From assembly GCA_965200975.1 (NCBI GenBank), contig OZ241740.1, forward strand, positions 1,282,636 to 1,346,635: DNA of 64,000 nucleotides, given 5' to 3'. The translations under genes were made by a program, and so were the position numbers. The notes below the pieces were generated by a model that saw only the letters and a program-made list of their open reading frames with translations, was not told the DNA's origin and did no database searches. Shown in pieces: positions 8,380 through 17,032 of this stretch. The stretch's first letter is position 1, and each line of letters starts with the position of its first letter. Source of the stretch: Dehalococcoidia bacterium. Its GTDB lineage: Bacteria; Chloroflexota; Dehalococcoidia; Lucifugimonadales; Australimonadaceae.

Positions 8380-11272
8380 CGCGTTCCTCCCGATGCAGGC
8401 TGTTAGCCGGGATTGTAGCACGGCCCGTGCAGGGCGCTATGAAGTTGTTGAGTACGTCGAGGATCGCTTTTGGCTGGTTGGTCATACGGAAATGCCATTG
8501 CCCGAACCCGCCGACGCTGTTGACGGCGCGTATCCATTCCTCCATAGCGCTGTGCTTTGCCCGCACCTCGTCGTCGATCTGCCCTTTGGTTTCGACGATG
8601 AGCATATCGCCGTTCTTTAGCCGGACGAGGAAGTCGGGGCGGTAGTTGTGCACCGCGCCCCTGTGCAGGTACGTGACCTCGAATCCGATGCGCTCGTTGC
8701 GCACCCAGGCGTCGACGTTACTACTCTGGTCGATGGCAGAGGCATCGGAGGCTTCCCAGGCGCTGTCAAGCACACAGACGTTGAGATGCGAACGCGTCGC
8801 CGGTGTACAGGGACGTCCGGTGCGCCACGGATGCATACCGCCGGTGCTGCGCACAGGCCGCTCCCTGTCGAGAATGAGTTCCAGCGCTTCGGCGTTCTCA
8901 TAGCGCACAGCGGCGGTGATGTGCTGCACTACGCTGCTCATCTTCAGGATGAGGACGAGACGACGCATCACCGGGTCGCGCGTATACACTTCGGGGAGTA
9001 TGCGTAACCTGTCCGACTGGATGAACAGCTCTGTGAGCCGCACGAGTTGCGCGAGCAACGCTGCCTGGTTCCCCCGCCAAGCCTCCTTCATTTGATCGAA
9101 CGACTGCCGCGCCGCGTCGAAAATGGCGGTCTGTTCCCGTGCTTGCTCCGCCCACTCCCTGAGCTTGATATCGGTGATACGCGAAAGGTCGGCCTTGCCG
9201 TCTACGACGATCGCCGCGAGCCCGGCTTCCGTTATGGCGGTTCCCGCGTCAAGCATCAGCGGTTCCGCAGTTGCGATATCCAGCGTCAGCGCGGGTCGCA
9301 GGACGTGCTCGATGCGGAGCACGTTGGGCCAGCATATCTCGTACTGCGACTTCTCGGGGACGGCGCGCACCAGCGTCTTGGGCGGCGAGGGAGGATTCGG
9401 CGGGACGGTCTTCGGATCGTGAGGCAGAAACTCGAATGGGACCCCGAAGACGTTGACCTCCTCAGGGTCAAGCAATCCTGTCTGCTTGTTCACATCATAC
9501 GACGTGCGTCGCAATCCACGCCCCACCACCTGCTCACAGAGCAGCTGGCTCGAGAACGCCCGCAGCCCCATAATGTGCGTCACCGTCTTGGCGTCCCAGC
9601 CTTCACTGAGCATCGATACCGAGACGACATGACGAACCTGCTCCCCAGGCTCTCCGAGCTTGCCGACCGTGTCGACCTTTCTTCGCAACTGCTCTGCAGC
9701 TTTCTCTTGCGGGAGTTTCCGGTCCGCCTTTGGCTTGTCTTCTTCCTCAGTGATTTCGTCTTCGTTGTAGCTGTGATGAGAGTCGGGCGCAAGCTCGATG
9801 GCCTCATCGCGTTCTTCAACGGTTTTTAGCACTTTTGAATCGATGTGCAGCGTGTGTTCAGGGCTGCATAAATCGAGAGGAATAGAACTGATAGTCTTGT
9901 GGTCAAAGGCGTGCTTGATTCGGGCCGCAGTCTCCGTGCGGTTGCATACGGTGATCATCACCGGCGGAACGAACGGTTCGCCTTCCGAGCGTTGGAGACC
10001 CCAATGCCGCAGGGTGTTCTCCCAGTCGTGCGCTAATAAGAGGTAGGCGTTCCGCACCAGGTCAGGCAGCGGCGCAGTTGCATTCGCTTTCTTAGTGAGG
10101 GCATCCCGCACCTCCGGCTCATTGAACAGGTGGTAGAGCTTGGACTTGTGCGTCTTGGCATTTGGCGGAGCGTCGTCCCGCACGACGACGTACGGAGTCT
10201 TGACGAGGCCGGATTCGATAGCGTCGTGCAGGCCGAAGTCGCTGACGATCCAGTTGAAGAGCGTCTCCTCTGCCGTTCCGGACGGCGCGAACGGGGTGGC
10301 GGAGAAGTCATAGCAATGGAGGATGCGGTTCGTGCGGTGCAGTCGATCGAGGCCGCCAACCCAGATAGTCGCCTCGTCCGCCTGTTCTTTGAGCTCGCCC
10401 CGGCGCTTCTCGTTGCCGCTCGCGCGCCAGGCGTGATGCGCTTCGTCGTTGATGACGAGGATATTGCGGGCGTTCGCCATTTCGCCTAGCACATCTCGCT
10501 TGTACGCGGCATCGCTTTTGACGCTACGCTTGTCGACGCTCTTGCGTTTCTTCACGCGTTCCGCGCTCTCCCACGCAAGCGCATGCCAGTTCTTCACGAG
10601 CACTTTGCCTTGCCGGAGGCGCTCCATCCACTCCGGCTTGACCAAATTGAACTCTTGGTAGTAGTTCTCGGCGGCGGCTGGGTACAGCACCTTGAGCCGT
10701 TCTTTGACGGTGAGGCCGGGCGCTACAACGAGCACGTGCTTGGAGAAGCGCGTATCCGTTGGCGCGGCTGCCTTGTTTAGTACTTGCCAAGCGATGAGCA
10801 TCGCCATCACGACGGTCTTGCCGGCGCCGGTCGCCATTTTGGCGCACACGCGTTCGAACGCGCCGCCGTCGCCTTCGATAGCAATGCCGGTGCGATCTGC
10901 AGAGGACGATTCGGTAAGCCATATCAGCGTTTCCGCGGCTTCTATCTGGCAGAAGAACAGCGGCTTGTCGTCCGGATCCATGCGGTTTCGCCAGTGCTGT
11001 AAAAGCTCCTGCGTTGTCCGCGTTGCGCCTGGGTAGCCCTCCTTGCGCCATTCTCGGACCCGTTCGCGGATGCGATTCACGAGGTCTAGGCGCACGAATG
11101 TGCTCGATCCGCCGGGGTTCCAGCGCGTATAGCCGGCGGGGCGGCGTCCTTCCTGCAGCACCTTGTTGCCCTCTGAGTCGAAGAGCCAGTGCTGCGCCGG
11201 CTCCTCGTACGGCGAGCAGATGATGAGCCCGCTGTTTTGATGCTCGGTTTTGTGCGTCGATATGTTGCTCAT
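8276..11272 (-). CDS. res: type III restriction enzyme Res subunit (SF2 helicase + C-terminal PD-(D/E)xK nuclease)
   Basis: ORF 8276..11605 trimmed to MSNISTHKTEH (ATG 11272, ATGA overlap with the upstream mod fragment stop). Motifs: MATGAGKTVV (Walker A), VINDEAHH (DEAH), SATP, QVVGRGLRR (motif VI), YRPDFLVRLKNGDMLIVETKG (nuclease). The last ~35 codons overlap the 5' end of R2. Confidence 0.9.
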   Translation of the reverse strand: MSNISTHKTEHQNSGLIICSPYEEPAQHWLFDSEGNKVLQEGRRPAGYTRWNPGGSSTFVRLDLVNRIRERVREWRKEGYPGATRTTQELLQHWRNRMDPDDKPLFFCQIEAAETLIWLTESSSADRTGIAIEGDGGAFERVCAKMATGAGKTVVMAMLIAWQVLNKAAAPTDTRFSKHVLVVAPGLTVKERLKVLYPAAAENYYQEFNLVKPEWMERLRQGKVLVKNWHALAWESAERVKKRKSVDKRSVKSDAAYKRDVLGEMANARNILVINDEAHHAWRASGNEKRRGELKEQADEATIWVGGLDRLHRTNRILHCYDFSATPFAPSGTAEETLFNWIVSDFGLHDAIESGLVKTPYVVVRDDAPPNAKTHKSKLYHLFNEPEVRDALTKKANATAPLPDLVRNAYLLLAHDWENTLRHWGLQRSEGEPFVPPVMITVCNRTETAARIKHAFDHKTISSIPLDLCSPEHTLHIDSKVLKTVEERDEAIELAPDSHHSYNEDEITEEEDKPKADRKLPQEKAAEQLRRKVDTVGKLGEPGEQVRHVVSVSMLSEGWDAKTVTHIMGLRAFSSQLLCEQVVGRGLRRTSYDVNKQTGLLDPEEVNVFGVPFEFLPHDPKTVPPNPPSPPKTLVRAVPEKSQYEICWPNVLRIEHVLRPALTLDIATAEPLMLDAGTAITEAGLAAIVVDGKADLSRITDIKLREWAEQAREQTAIFDAARQSFDQMKEAWRGNQAALLAQLVRLTELFIQSDRLRILPEVYTRDPVMRRLVLILKMSSVVQHITAAVRYENAEALELILDRERPVRSTGGMHPWRTGRPCTPATRSHLNVCVLDSAWEASDASAIDQSSNVDAWVRNERIGFEVTYLHRGAVHNYRPDFLVRLKNGDMLIVETKGQIDDEVRAKHSAMEEWIRAVNSVGGFGQWHFRMTNQPKAILDVLNNFIAPCTGRATIPANSLHREERDALRARQRTLDSSRPRHPRRRADAPLLASLRRRL

Positions 11273-12141
11273 ACGTCGAGTCCCACGATGCGCAGGCTCT
11301 CGATGCCACGCATGTCGACCACCTTCACCGCTACGCGCCGGTGATCTCCCGTCTTGAATGGCAGCGATCGTGTTCCCCGGTATTCCTCGATGAGGTTGTG
11401 ATCGATCTCCGCCCTCAGGTTCTTCGCGAGGCGCCCCCAGCCCTCCTTCCGGTCCTCCCCAGGGAAGAACACCTGGCGCGGGAAGAGACTGCGCCCGTCG
11501 TAGTCGGGGTCGAGCATCCACAGCGCGATTTGCGCTCTGCCTCCGGACACTAGTTCTCCTTTCTGCGTGTCGTAGTAGTCGAAGCCGCGCACCTCTACTT
11601 GCCACTCACCGTGTGCGTCCTCATCGTTGCGCTCGACGGCGACATCCGGCTGTCCCACAAGCCAGAACGATTGATTGCTGACGCGCTTCTTCTTGAGGTC
11701 GTCGGTCAGCAGGTCGGCGTTCATCTGCGCTTTGAGCAGGGTTATGCCGGGCCAGTTCGTTTCGTCGATATCTTTCGCCGCTTCAGGGTCGAATTGGAAT
11801 GCGGCGAATACGACGACTTCAGGGCATGGGACGAGTTGCCGCGCTTCTTCGAGCGCCTGCTCTACCTGACGCTGTTCGAGCGGCGCGTGGGCGGGGCCGA
11901 ACGAAACCGCGATGCGCTGCGCGCCGGACGCCGGCTCAGCGTCAGGCTGCGAATGCCCATCTGCGTGGAGCCAGCGGCAATTCGGCAGCGGCCCCAGCGC
12001 GCCGAAGCGGATGTACTGTCCGCCCTTCCCACGGATCCCCGTGCGGAGCAGTTCGTCGCGCCACTCTTCTTGGCGAGCGCCTTCACTCGGCTTCGACGAA
12101 ATTCGCAACGGGAGGGGGGGCACCATGAGAAAATTCCGCAC
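11269..12141 (-). CDS. mod: type III methyltransferase Mod, C-terminal fragment (out of frame with the N-terminal part)
   Basis: 290-aa ORF. It overlaps the 3' end of ORF 12083..13771 by 59 nt in another frame. Removing one C from the C7 tract (12114..12120) joins the two ORFs. Confidence 0.75.
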   Translation of the reverse strand: MRNFLMVPPLPLRISSKPSEGARQEEWRDELLRTGIRGKGGQYIRFGALGPLPNCRWLHADGHSQPDAEPASGAQRIAVSFGPAHAPLEQRQVEQALEEARQLVPCPEVVVFAAFQFDPEAAKDIDETNWPGITLLKAQMNADLLTDDLKKKRVSNQSFWLVGQPDVAVERNDEDAHGEWQVEVRGFDYYDTQKGELVSGGRAQIALWMLDPDYDGRSLFPRQVFFPGEDRKEGWGRLAKNLRAEIDHNLIEEYRGTRSLPFKTGDHRRVAVKVVDMRGIESLRIVGLDV

Positions 12142-13771
12142 TGTCGATATCGGGAGTTGCGAAATCTTCGATAGTCGCCACGGTCGGCGCAGGAACAGCC
12201 TCTACCGTGAACGGTCCGCTGACTCGCATACGGCTGCTGTCCGGCAGCGGTTGATCGTAGAGAGTCTCTTTGGGAGCATAGCGTGCGATGGCTGCATCGA
12301 TCTGCTCCTGTGTCATCCCCTCGTGAATGTCAGGATTATTCGCTATCGACCCGAGCGTTACATGCGGCACCGTCGTGTACTTGAACCCACTACCTACGCC
12401 CTCGTCGGGTTGCGCGAGTTCATAGTAAGTGTAAGTGGCGGATATGAGACGTTGTCGCGTGAGCGCAAGCGCAACCCGCGAAGTGTCGCAAGTGATCCAG
12501 CGCCGCCCCCACTGCTCTGCGACATAGGCGGTTGTGCCGCTGCCGCAGGTAGGGTCGAGGACGAGGTCGCCTGGGTCGGTGGCCATGAGCATGCAGCGTT
12601 GGATAACTTTTGCGGATGTCTGGACAGCGTACACCTTGCCAGTCGCCCCCATTGTGTCCGACCACTGGCTGGTCAGTTCCATTACAGGATAGTCATCATG
12701 GTAGAAAATGTACCCTGGCACATTTTTCCGCCAGCGAAGACGGTTTGCTGCAATAAGGCGCTTAATCCCTTCGGGAGTTGTTTTCCAGCTAGTGTTAGGG
12801 TTTGGGTACGCGCGTCGGTCATCAAGATAGAATTCAAAATGGCATGATGCAGTGTAACCGGATGCCATTAGATCGACCATAGTAAACTGCTCCGATTCCG
12901 TAGAGTCGCGACTAGTGAACAGTTTCCTATGCTTGACCATTGATTTGTTCTTTGCATACCAGATCAAATGATCAGCTATGTTTGGGATATACGCTGCGTT
13001 CAGAGGTATTTTCGTCCTGAACGATATTTGAGATACAAACTGCGACGGTCCGAAAACATCATCTAACAAATTACGTACCAGATGCACATTCTCGTCGCCA
13101 ATTTGGACGAACACGCTTCCGCTGTCGGCAAGCAATTCTTTTGCTAGCATGAGGCGGTCGCGGAGATAGGTGAGGTAGGAGTGGATGCCCAACTCCCATG
13201 TGTCGCGGAATGCCGTTAGCTGCTCCGGCTCCGCGGTGAGGTCGACGTCTGCGCCATCCTTGACGGTGCGCTTGTTGACGAAAGGTTGGAAATTGGAGCC
13301 GTACTTGATGCCGTATGGGGGGTCGAGGTACACCATTTGCACCTTGCCCGCCATGCCCTCTTTCTCGAGCAGGCTGTTCATCACGAGGAGAGAGTCTCCG
13401 GCGATGAGGCGGTTCGACCATCCGTGGGCGTGCTGGTAGAAGTCGATCGCTTCGCGGAGCGGGGCGGCGGTCTCGAACAGGCTCGGTTGCGCGGAGTGTC
13501 CGTTGCCGTTGCGCTTGCGGACGGCCTCGATGACGGTGCGCGGGTCGATGCGTTCGTGGACGTGGAGCGAGACGGTCGGCACATCGAACGACGTGTGCTC
13601 CGCTTTGCCGGCCCACACCAGTTGCGGGTCGAGATGAGGGTCGTACTGATAGGTGCGCGTCTCGCCGTCGTCGGGGTCGGTCTCGGCGGTTACGAGTCCT
13701 GCAGGGGGGATGTTCGTACGCTCAGCGTCGGTGTGGGTGTAGGACTCGATAGGGCGCTTGCGAGGCGGCAT
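12083..13771 (-). CDS. mod: type III DNA methyltransferase Mod, N-terminal/catalytic part (beta-class N6A/N4C)
   Basis: 562 aa. Motif IV VYLDPPYG precedes motif I VLDPTCGSGTTAYVAEQ (beta-class order). A low-GC central segment (about 12.7-13.1 kb) fits a target-recognition domain. Confidence 0.9.
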   Translation of the reverse strand: MPPRKRPIESYTHTDAERTNIPPAGLVTAETDPDDGETRTYQYDPHLDPQLVWAGKAEHTSFDVPTVSLHVHERIDPRTVIEAVRKRNGNGHSAQPSLFETAAPLREAIDFYQHAHGWSNRLIAGDSLLVMNSLLEKEGMAGKVQMVYLDPPYGIKYGSNFQPFVNKRTVKDGADVDLTAEPEQLTAFRDTWELGIHSYLTYLRDRLMLAKELLADSGSVFVQIGDENVHLVRNLLDDVFGPSQFVSQISFRTKIPLNAAYIPNIADHLIWYAKNKSMVKHRKLFTSRDSTESEQFTMVDLMASGYTASCHFEFYLDDRRAYPNPNTSWKTTPEGIKRLIAANRLRWRKNVPGYIFYHDDYPVMELTSQWSDTMGATGKVYAVQTSAKVIQRCMLMATDPGDLVLDPTCGSGTTAYVAEQWGRRWITCDTSRVALALTRQRLISATYTYYELAQPDEGVGSGFKYTTVPHVTLGSIANNPDIHEGMTQEQIDAAIARYAPKETLYDQPLPDSSRMRVSGPFTVEAVPAPTVATIEDFATPDIDSAEFSHGAPPPVANFVEAE

Positions 13772-13871
13772 AGGGGAGGCTCCATGTGCGTGTGGGGGGG
13801 GGATGATAGGTATCAGTGCTGGAGGAGCGTGTCAAGCGCCGGCTGACCAAATGAATGCCTTCTGCGGGGCG

Positions 13872-14300
13872 CTACTCTCGCGCCGGCGGCGCCCAGGGGT
13901 TGGTCAGGGGTAGGTCGAGGTAGCCGAAGTCTGCGTTGTTGCGGGTGGCCAGGGCGAGGTCGTTGGCTTTGGCCGTGCCGGCGATGAGGGCGTCGCCGAC
14001 GTCCAGCACTTGACCAAGGCGCTCCGCTTGGGCGCGGAGCTCTCCGGCGCACCGTGCAGCCTGTTGGTCGAGCGGCAGGACGCGCTCTTCGTATTCCTCG
14101 ACGAATGCGGCGATGGTCGACTCCAGCGTGTGGCGGCGGCGCCCCTGCGGGAGACGCGCCAGCCCGTAGCAGAGCTCGTGCACTGCGATGACCGGAATCC
14201 AGAGGTCGGCCTCGTCGTCGAGGAATGCGATAACGGCGGGGTATGGCGACGACTTCGTCAGCTCGGAAATGACGTTGGTGTCGAGCAGGAACCCGGCCAT
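13872..14300 (-). CDS. vapC: PIN-domain toxin VapC
   Basis: ORF 13872..14393 trimmed to MAGFLLDTNVISEL (ATG 14300). Carries the PIN acidic residues DTNV..E..D..IA. Its start shares 1 nt with the antitoxin stop (TGATG). Confidence 0.85.
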   Translation of the reverse strand: MAGFLLDTNVISELTKSSPYPAVIAFLDDEADLWIPVIAVHELCYGLARLPQGRRRHTLESTIAAFVEEYEERVLPLDQQAARCAGELRAQAERLGQVLDVGDALIAGTAKANDLALATRNNADFGYLDLPLTNPWAPPARE

Positions 14301-14587
14301 CAGCCAATTTCGTCGGAGAAGGGGATCGCCCGCGTGGATGCTCTTGAGGGGATTTCGAGGTCGACGCCGCGGGGGAAGTTGTCGACGAGCCACCGGCCGA
14401 GGGGCTTCTTGGCGGGCTTGGACTGCCCCAATTCCTGCCAGAGGCGCTCAGGCACGACGACGTAGGCCCGTTTGAGGCCGATGCGCTGCGGGCCTTCTTC
14501 ATCGGCGAGCCGCAGCACCTCGGAGAGGCGAGCCTTGGATTCGGCGACGCTCCAGATGTGGTTGGGGAGAGCGGTTTGCGTGGTCAC
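14300..14587 (-). CDS. type II antitoxin, Phd/YefM-like
   Basis: 95 aa with a GTG start. WSVAESKARLSEVLRLADEEGPQRI..AYVVVPERLWQEL matches the Phd/YefM pattern. AAGGAG lies 8 nt upstream. Confidence 0.8.
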   Translation of the reverse strand: MTTQTALPNHIWSVAESKARLSEVLRLADEEGPQRIGLKRAYVVVPERLWQELGQSKPAKKPLGRWLVDNFPRGVDLEIPSRASTRAIPFSDEIG

Positions 14588-14642
14588 GGCCTCTGCTCCT
14601 TGGAGGGGGGGCGCCCCTCCGGGGCTTTGCGTTCAGCAGCAA

Positions 14643-14668
14643 TACTAGTCTAGTCTATACTAGTCTAG
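14643..14668. promoter_or_regulatory. AT-rich 11-bp direct repeat (TACTAGTCTAG x2, 15-bp period), candidate vapBC operator/promoter
   Basis: Two exact copies (14643..14653 and 14658..14668), rich in CTAG/ACTAGT palindromes. They sit 56-81 nt upstream of the antitoxin start in otherwise GC-rich DNA. Confidence 0.45.
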
Positions 14669-14699
14669 GTTACAACCCCCGGGGAAGTCTACTTTACGT

Positions 14700-16337
14700 T
14701 TACGCCGGCGGGTCGTAGGCGCCGAAGACAGCGCGGAGGGCGTCGCAGATTTCGCCGAGAGTGGCGTAGGACTCGACGCATTCGAGGATGGGGGGCAGGA
14801 GGTTGGCGTCGCCGCGGGCGTCGCCGGCCAGACGACGGAGGGCGGCGTCTGCCGCTGCTGCGTCGCGTTCGCGGCGAACGCGGAGCAGGCGGTCGATCTG
14901 CCGCTCGGCGGCGCCTGGGGGGATGGTCTGCATCCGAATGCGCTCTTCCGCGTCGGACTCGAACGCGTTGACGCCGACAATGACGCGTTCGCCGCTCTCG
15001 ACGAGATTGAAGTGGCGGTAGGCCGCCTCCTCGATCTCGCCGCGCTGGAACCCGGCCTCGATGGCGGCGACAGCGCCGCCCATAGCCTCGATCCGGTCGA
15101 GGTAGTCGAGGGCTTGCGATTCGATGGCGTCGGTGAGGTGCTCGACGTAGTACGAGCCCGCCAGCGGGTCGATGGTGTCGGCTGCGCCGGACTCGTAGGC
15201 GAGCACCTGCTGGGTGCGGAGCGCGAGCGCGGCGGACTCTTCGGTGGGGAGTCCAAGCGCCTCGTCCTTGGAGTTAACGTGGAGGGATTGCGTGCCGCCG
15301 AGGACGGCGGAGAGCGCCTGCAGCGTCGTGCGGATGACGTTGACGTCGGGCTGCTGGGCCTGCAGAGTTACCCCGGCGGTCTGCGTGTGGAAGCGCAGCA
15401 TCCATGAGCGGGGGTCTTTGGCGCCAAAGCGGTCGCGCATTATGCGCGCCCACATACGGCGCGCGGCGCGGAATTTCGCAGCCTCTTCGAACACATTATT
15501 GTGCGCTGCAAAGAAGAACGAAAGACGCCCTGCAAAATCGTCGATCCGGAGCCCGGCGCCGATAGCAGCCTGCACATAAGCGATGCCGTTTGCGAGAGTA
15601 AAAGCGAGCTCTTGCGGCGCGGTGGCGCCCGCCTCGCGCATATGGTAGCCGCTAATGCTGATGGTGTTCCAGCGCGGCGCGACATCGGCGCAATAAGCGA
15701 TCATATCGGCGATAAGGCGCAGCGACGGCGCGGGCGGATAGATGTGCGTTCCGCGCGAAATGTACTCTTTCAGCACGTCGTTTTGCGTCGTGCCGCCAAC
15801 CTGGTCGAAAGGGACGCCCTGCTTGCGCGCGACTGCGAGATAGAGCGCCAGCAGCATCGGCGCAGTCGCGTTGATCGTCATCGACGTTGTGATTTCGCCG
15901 AGCGGGAGTCCGTCGAGCAGGACTTCCATGTCGGCGAGGCTGGAGATGGGGACGCCGACCTTGCCGATTTCGGGGCGGGCGAGCTCGTGGTCGGCGTCGT
16001 AGCCTGTTTGAGTGGGGAGGTCGAACGCGACGGAGAGTCCGTTCTGCCCCTGCGAGAGCAGGAAACGGTAGCGGGCGTTGGAGTCCTCGGGAGTCGAGAA
16101 CCCGGCGTATTGGCGCATCGTCCAGAGGCGCCCGCGGTACATCGTGGGCTGCACGCCGCGGGTGAACGGGTGCTCGCCGGGGAGCCCGGGGGCGTTGGGG
16201 GCGTCGGCGGGGCCGTACAGGGGCGCCACGTCGAGGCCGGACTCGGTGTCGAAGGCCGGCTTGCGTTCAGGGAACTTCCGGACGGCGGGCTCGTAGACCT
16301 CGCGCCGCCACTGCTCGTGAGGGTCGTTGCTGCTCAT
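14700..16337 (-). CDS. methylmalonyl-CoA mutase family, catalytic (TIM-barrel) subunit without B12-binding domain
   Basis: 545 aa. [59 protein letters not shown] is a canonical mutase N-terminal domain. No C-terminal DxHxxG cobalamin-binding domain is present. Confidence 0.9.
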   Translation of the reverse strand: MSSNDPHEQWRREVYEPAVRKFPERKPAFDTESGLDVAPLYGPADAPNAPGLPGEHPFTRGVQPTMYRGRLWTMRQYAGFSTPEDSNARYRFLLSQGQNGLSVAFDLPTQTGYDADHELARPEIGKVGVPISSLADMEVLLDGLPLGEITTSMTINATAPMLLALYLAVARKQGVPFDQVGGTTQNDVLKEYISRGTHIYPPAPSLRLIADMIAYCADVAPRWNTISISGYHMREAGATAPQELAFTLANGIAYVQAAIGAGLRIDDFAGRLSFFFAAHNNVFEEAAKFRAARRMWARIMRDRFGAKDPRSWMLRFHTQTAGVTLQAQQPDVNVIRTTLQALSAVLGGTQSLHVNSKDEALGLPTEESAALALRTQQVLAYESGAADTIDPLAGSYYVEHLTDAIESQALDYLDRIEAMGGAVAAIEAGFQRGEIEEAAYRHFNLVESGERVIVGVNAFESDAEERIRMQTIPPGAAERQIDRLLRVRRERDAAAADAALRRLAGDARGDANLLPPILECVESYATLGEICDALRAVFGAYDPPA

Positions 16338-16491
16338 AAGGTAAGTTTACAGGGCGCGGCGGAACTGAGGGCCTAACTGATGGTGTAAGATGCCGCGAAC
16401 GCTGAGAGCGGTCCGCGCCGGCCAATGGCGGCGAGGGGCTGCTACAGGAGAGATGGGCCGGGGCGACCGGCCTGTTGCGAATGGAGTGCAG

Positions 16492-16938
16492 ATGCAGTAC
16501 GTCAGGTTCCTTGCGGCATTCTTGGTGTACACGATAATCGACGTGGGATGGAACATCTCGCCCATCGCGACGGGCATGTACGAGCGCCTCCACGAGGCGA
16601 GCGGCAGCGACGCGATATATGACGCCTTCGGCAAGCAGATGGATACGTGGGGCGGAGGAGAGATCCTCGCGGTGCTCGCATTCCTGGCGCTCATCGCGTT
16701 CGCCAACTACTATCTGGCGATCGAACCTGCGGTGAGAGCGCGGAACATTCGCAAAGCGATGCGAAACAGTTTCGTGCTGGGCTGCGCCGCCTACGCGACG
16801 TACATCGTGCCGATCTTCCTGATGCTGTCCATGTGGCCCCCTATTCTCGTGCCGGTGGACATCCTCATCGGAGGGCTGTTGAGCCTGATAACGTCGACGG
16901 CGGTGACGTACGTAACGCTTCGCCGGAGCAGGGCGTAG
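16492..16938 (+). CDS. DUF2177-like integral membrane protein
   Basis: ORF 16390..16938 trimmed to MQYVRFLAAFLVYTIIDVGWN (ATG 16492). Four hydrophobic helices. Confidence 0.6.
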   Translation: MQYVRFLAAFLVYTIIDVGWNISPIATGMYERLHEASGSDAIYDAFGKQMDTWGGGEILAVLAFLALIAFANYYLAIEPAVRARNIRKAMRNSFVLGCAAYATYIVPIFLMLSMWPPILVPVDILIGGLLSLITSTAVTYVTLRRSRA

Positions 16939-17032
16939 GAGGCGGCGTTCTTCCGCCGGCGAAGCGAGGCGGGGGCTCGGGGCGTATGGTAGGATAAGGG
17001 AACTCGTAGCGGAGGGTGCGCGGTGGCGAGGG

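Noticed and set aside
6916-8406. Very long ORFs (337-496 aa) antisense to every Rieske gene (142..1155, 6916..8406, 21296..22738, 35990..37312, 37322..38668, 40334..41767, 43386..44738), and similar ones opposite ruvB, treT, the protease and other genes.
   Set aside because: They mirror genes that have clear family motifs. Their translations are low-complexity Val/Gly/Ala/Arg/Asp-rich, with no motifs. This is the expected stop-codon-poor antisense frame of high-GC coding DNA.
16338-16491. I looked for a cobalamin riboswitch upstream of the mutase gene.
   Set aside because: I could not recognise a B12-box-like element or the characteristic conserved stems by eye. A covariance-model search would be needed to exclude one.
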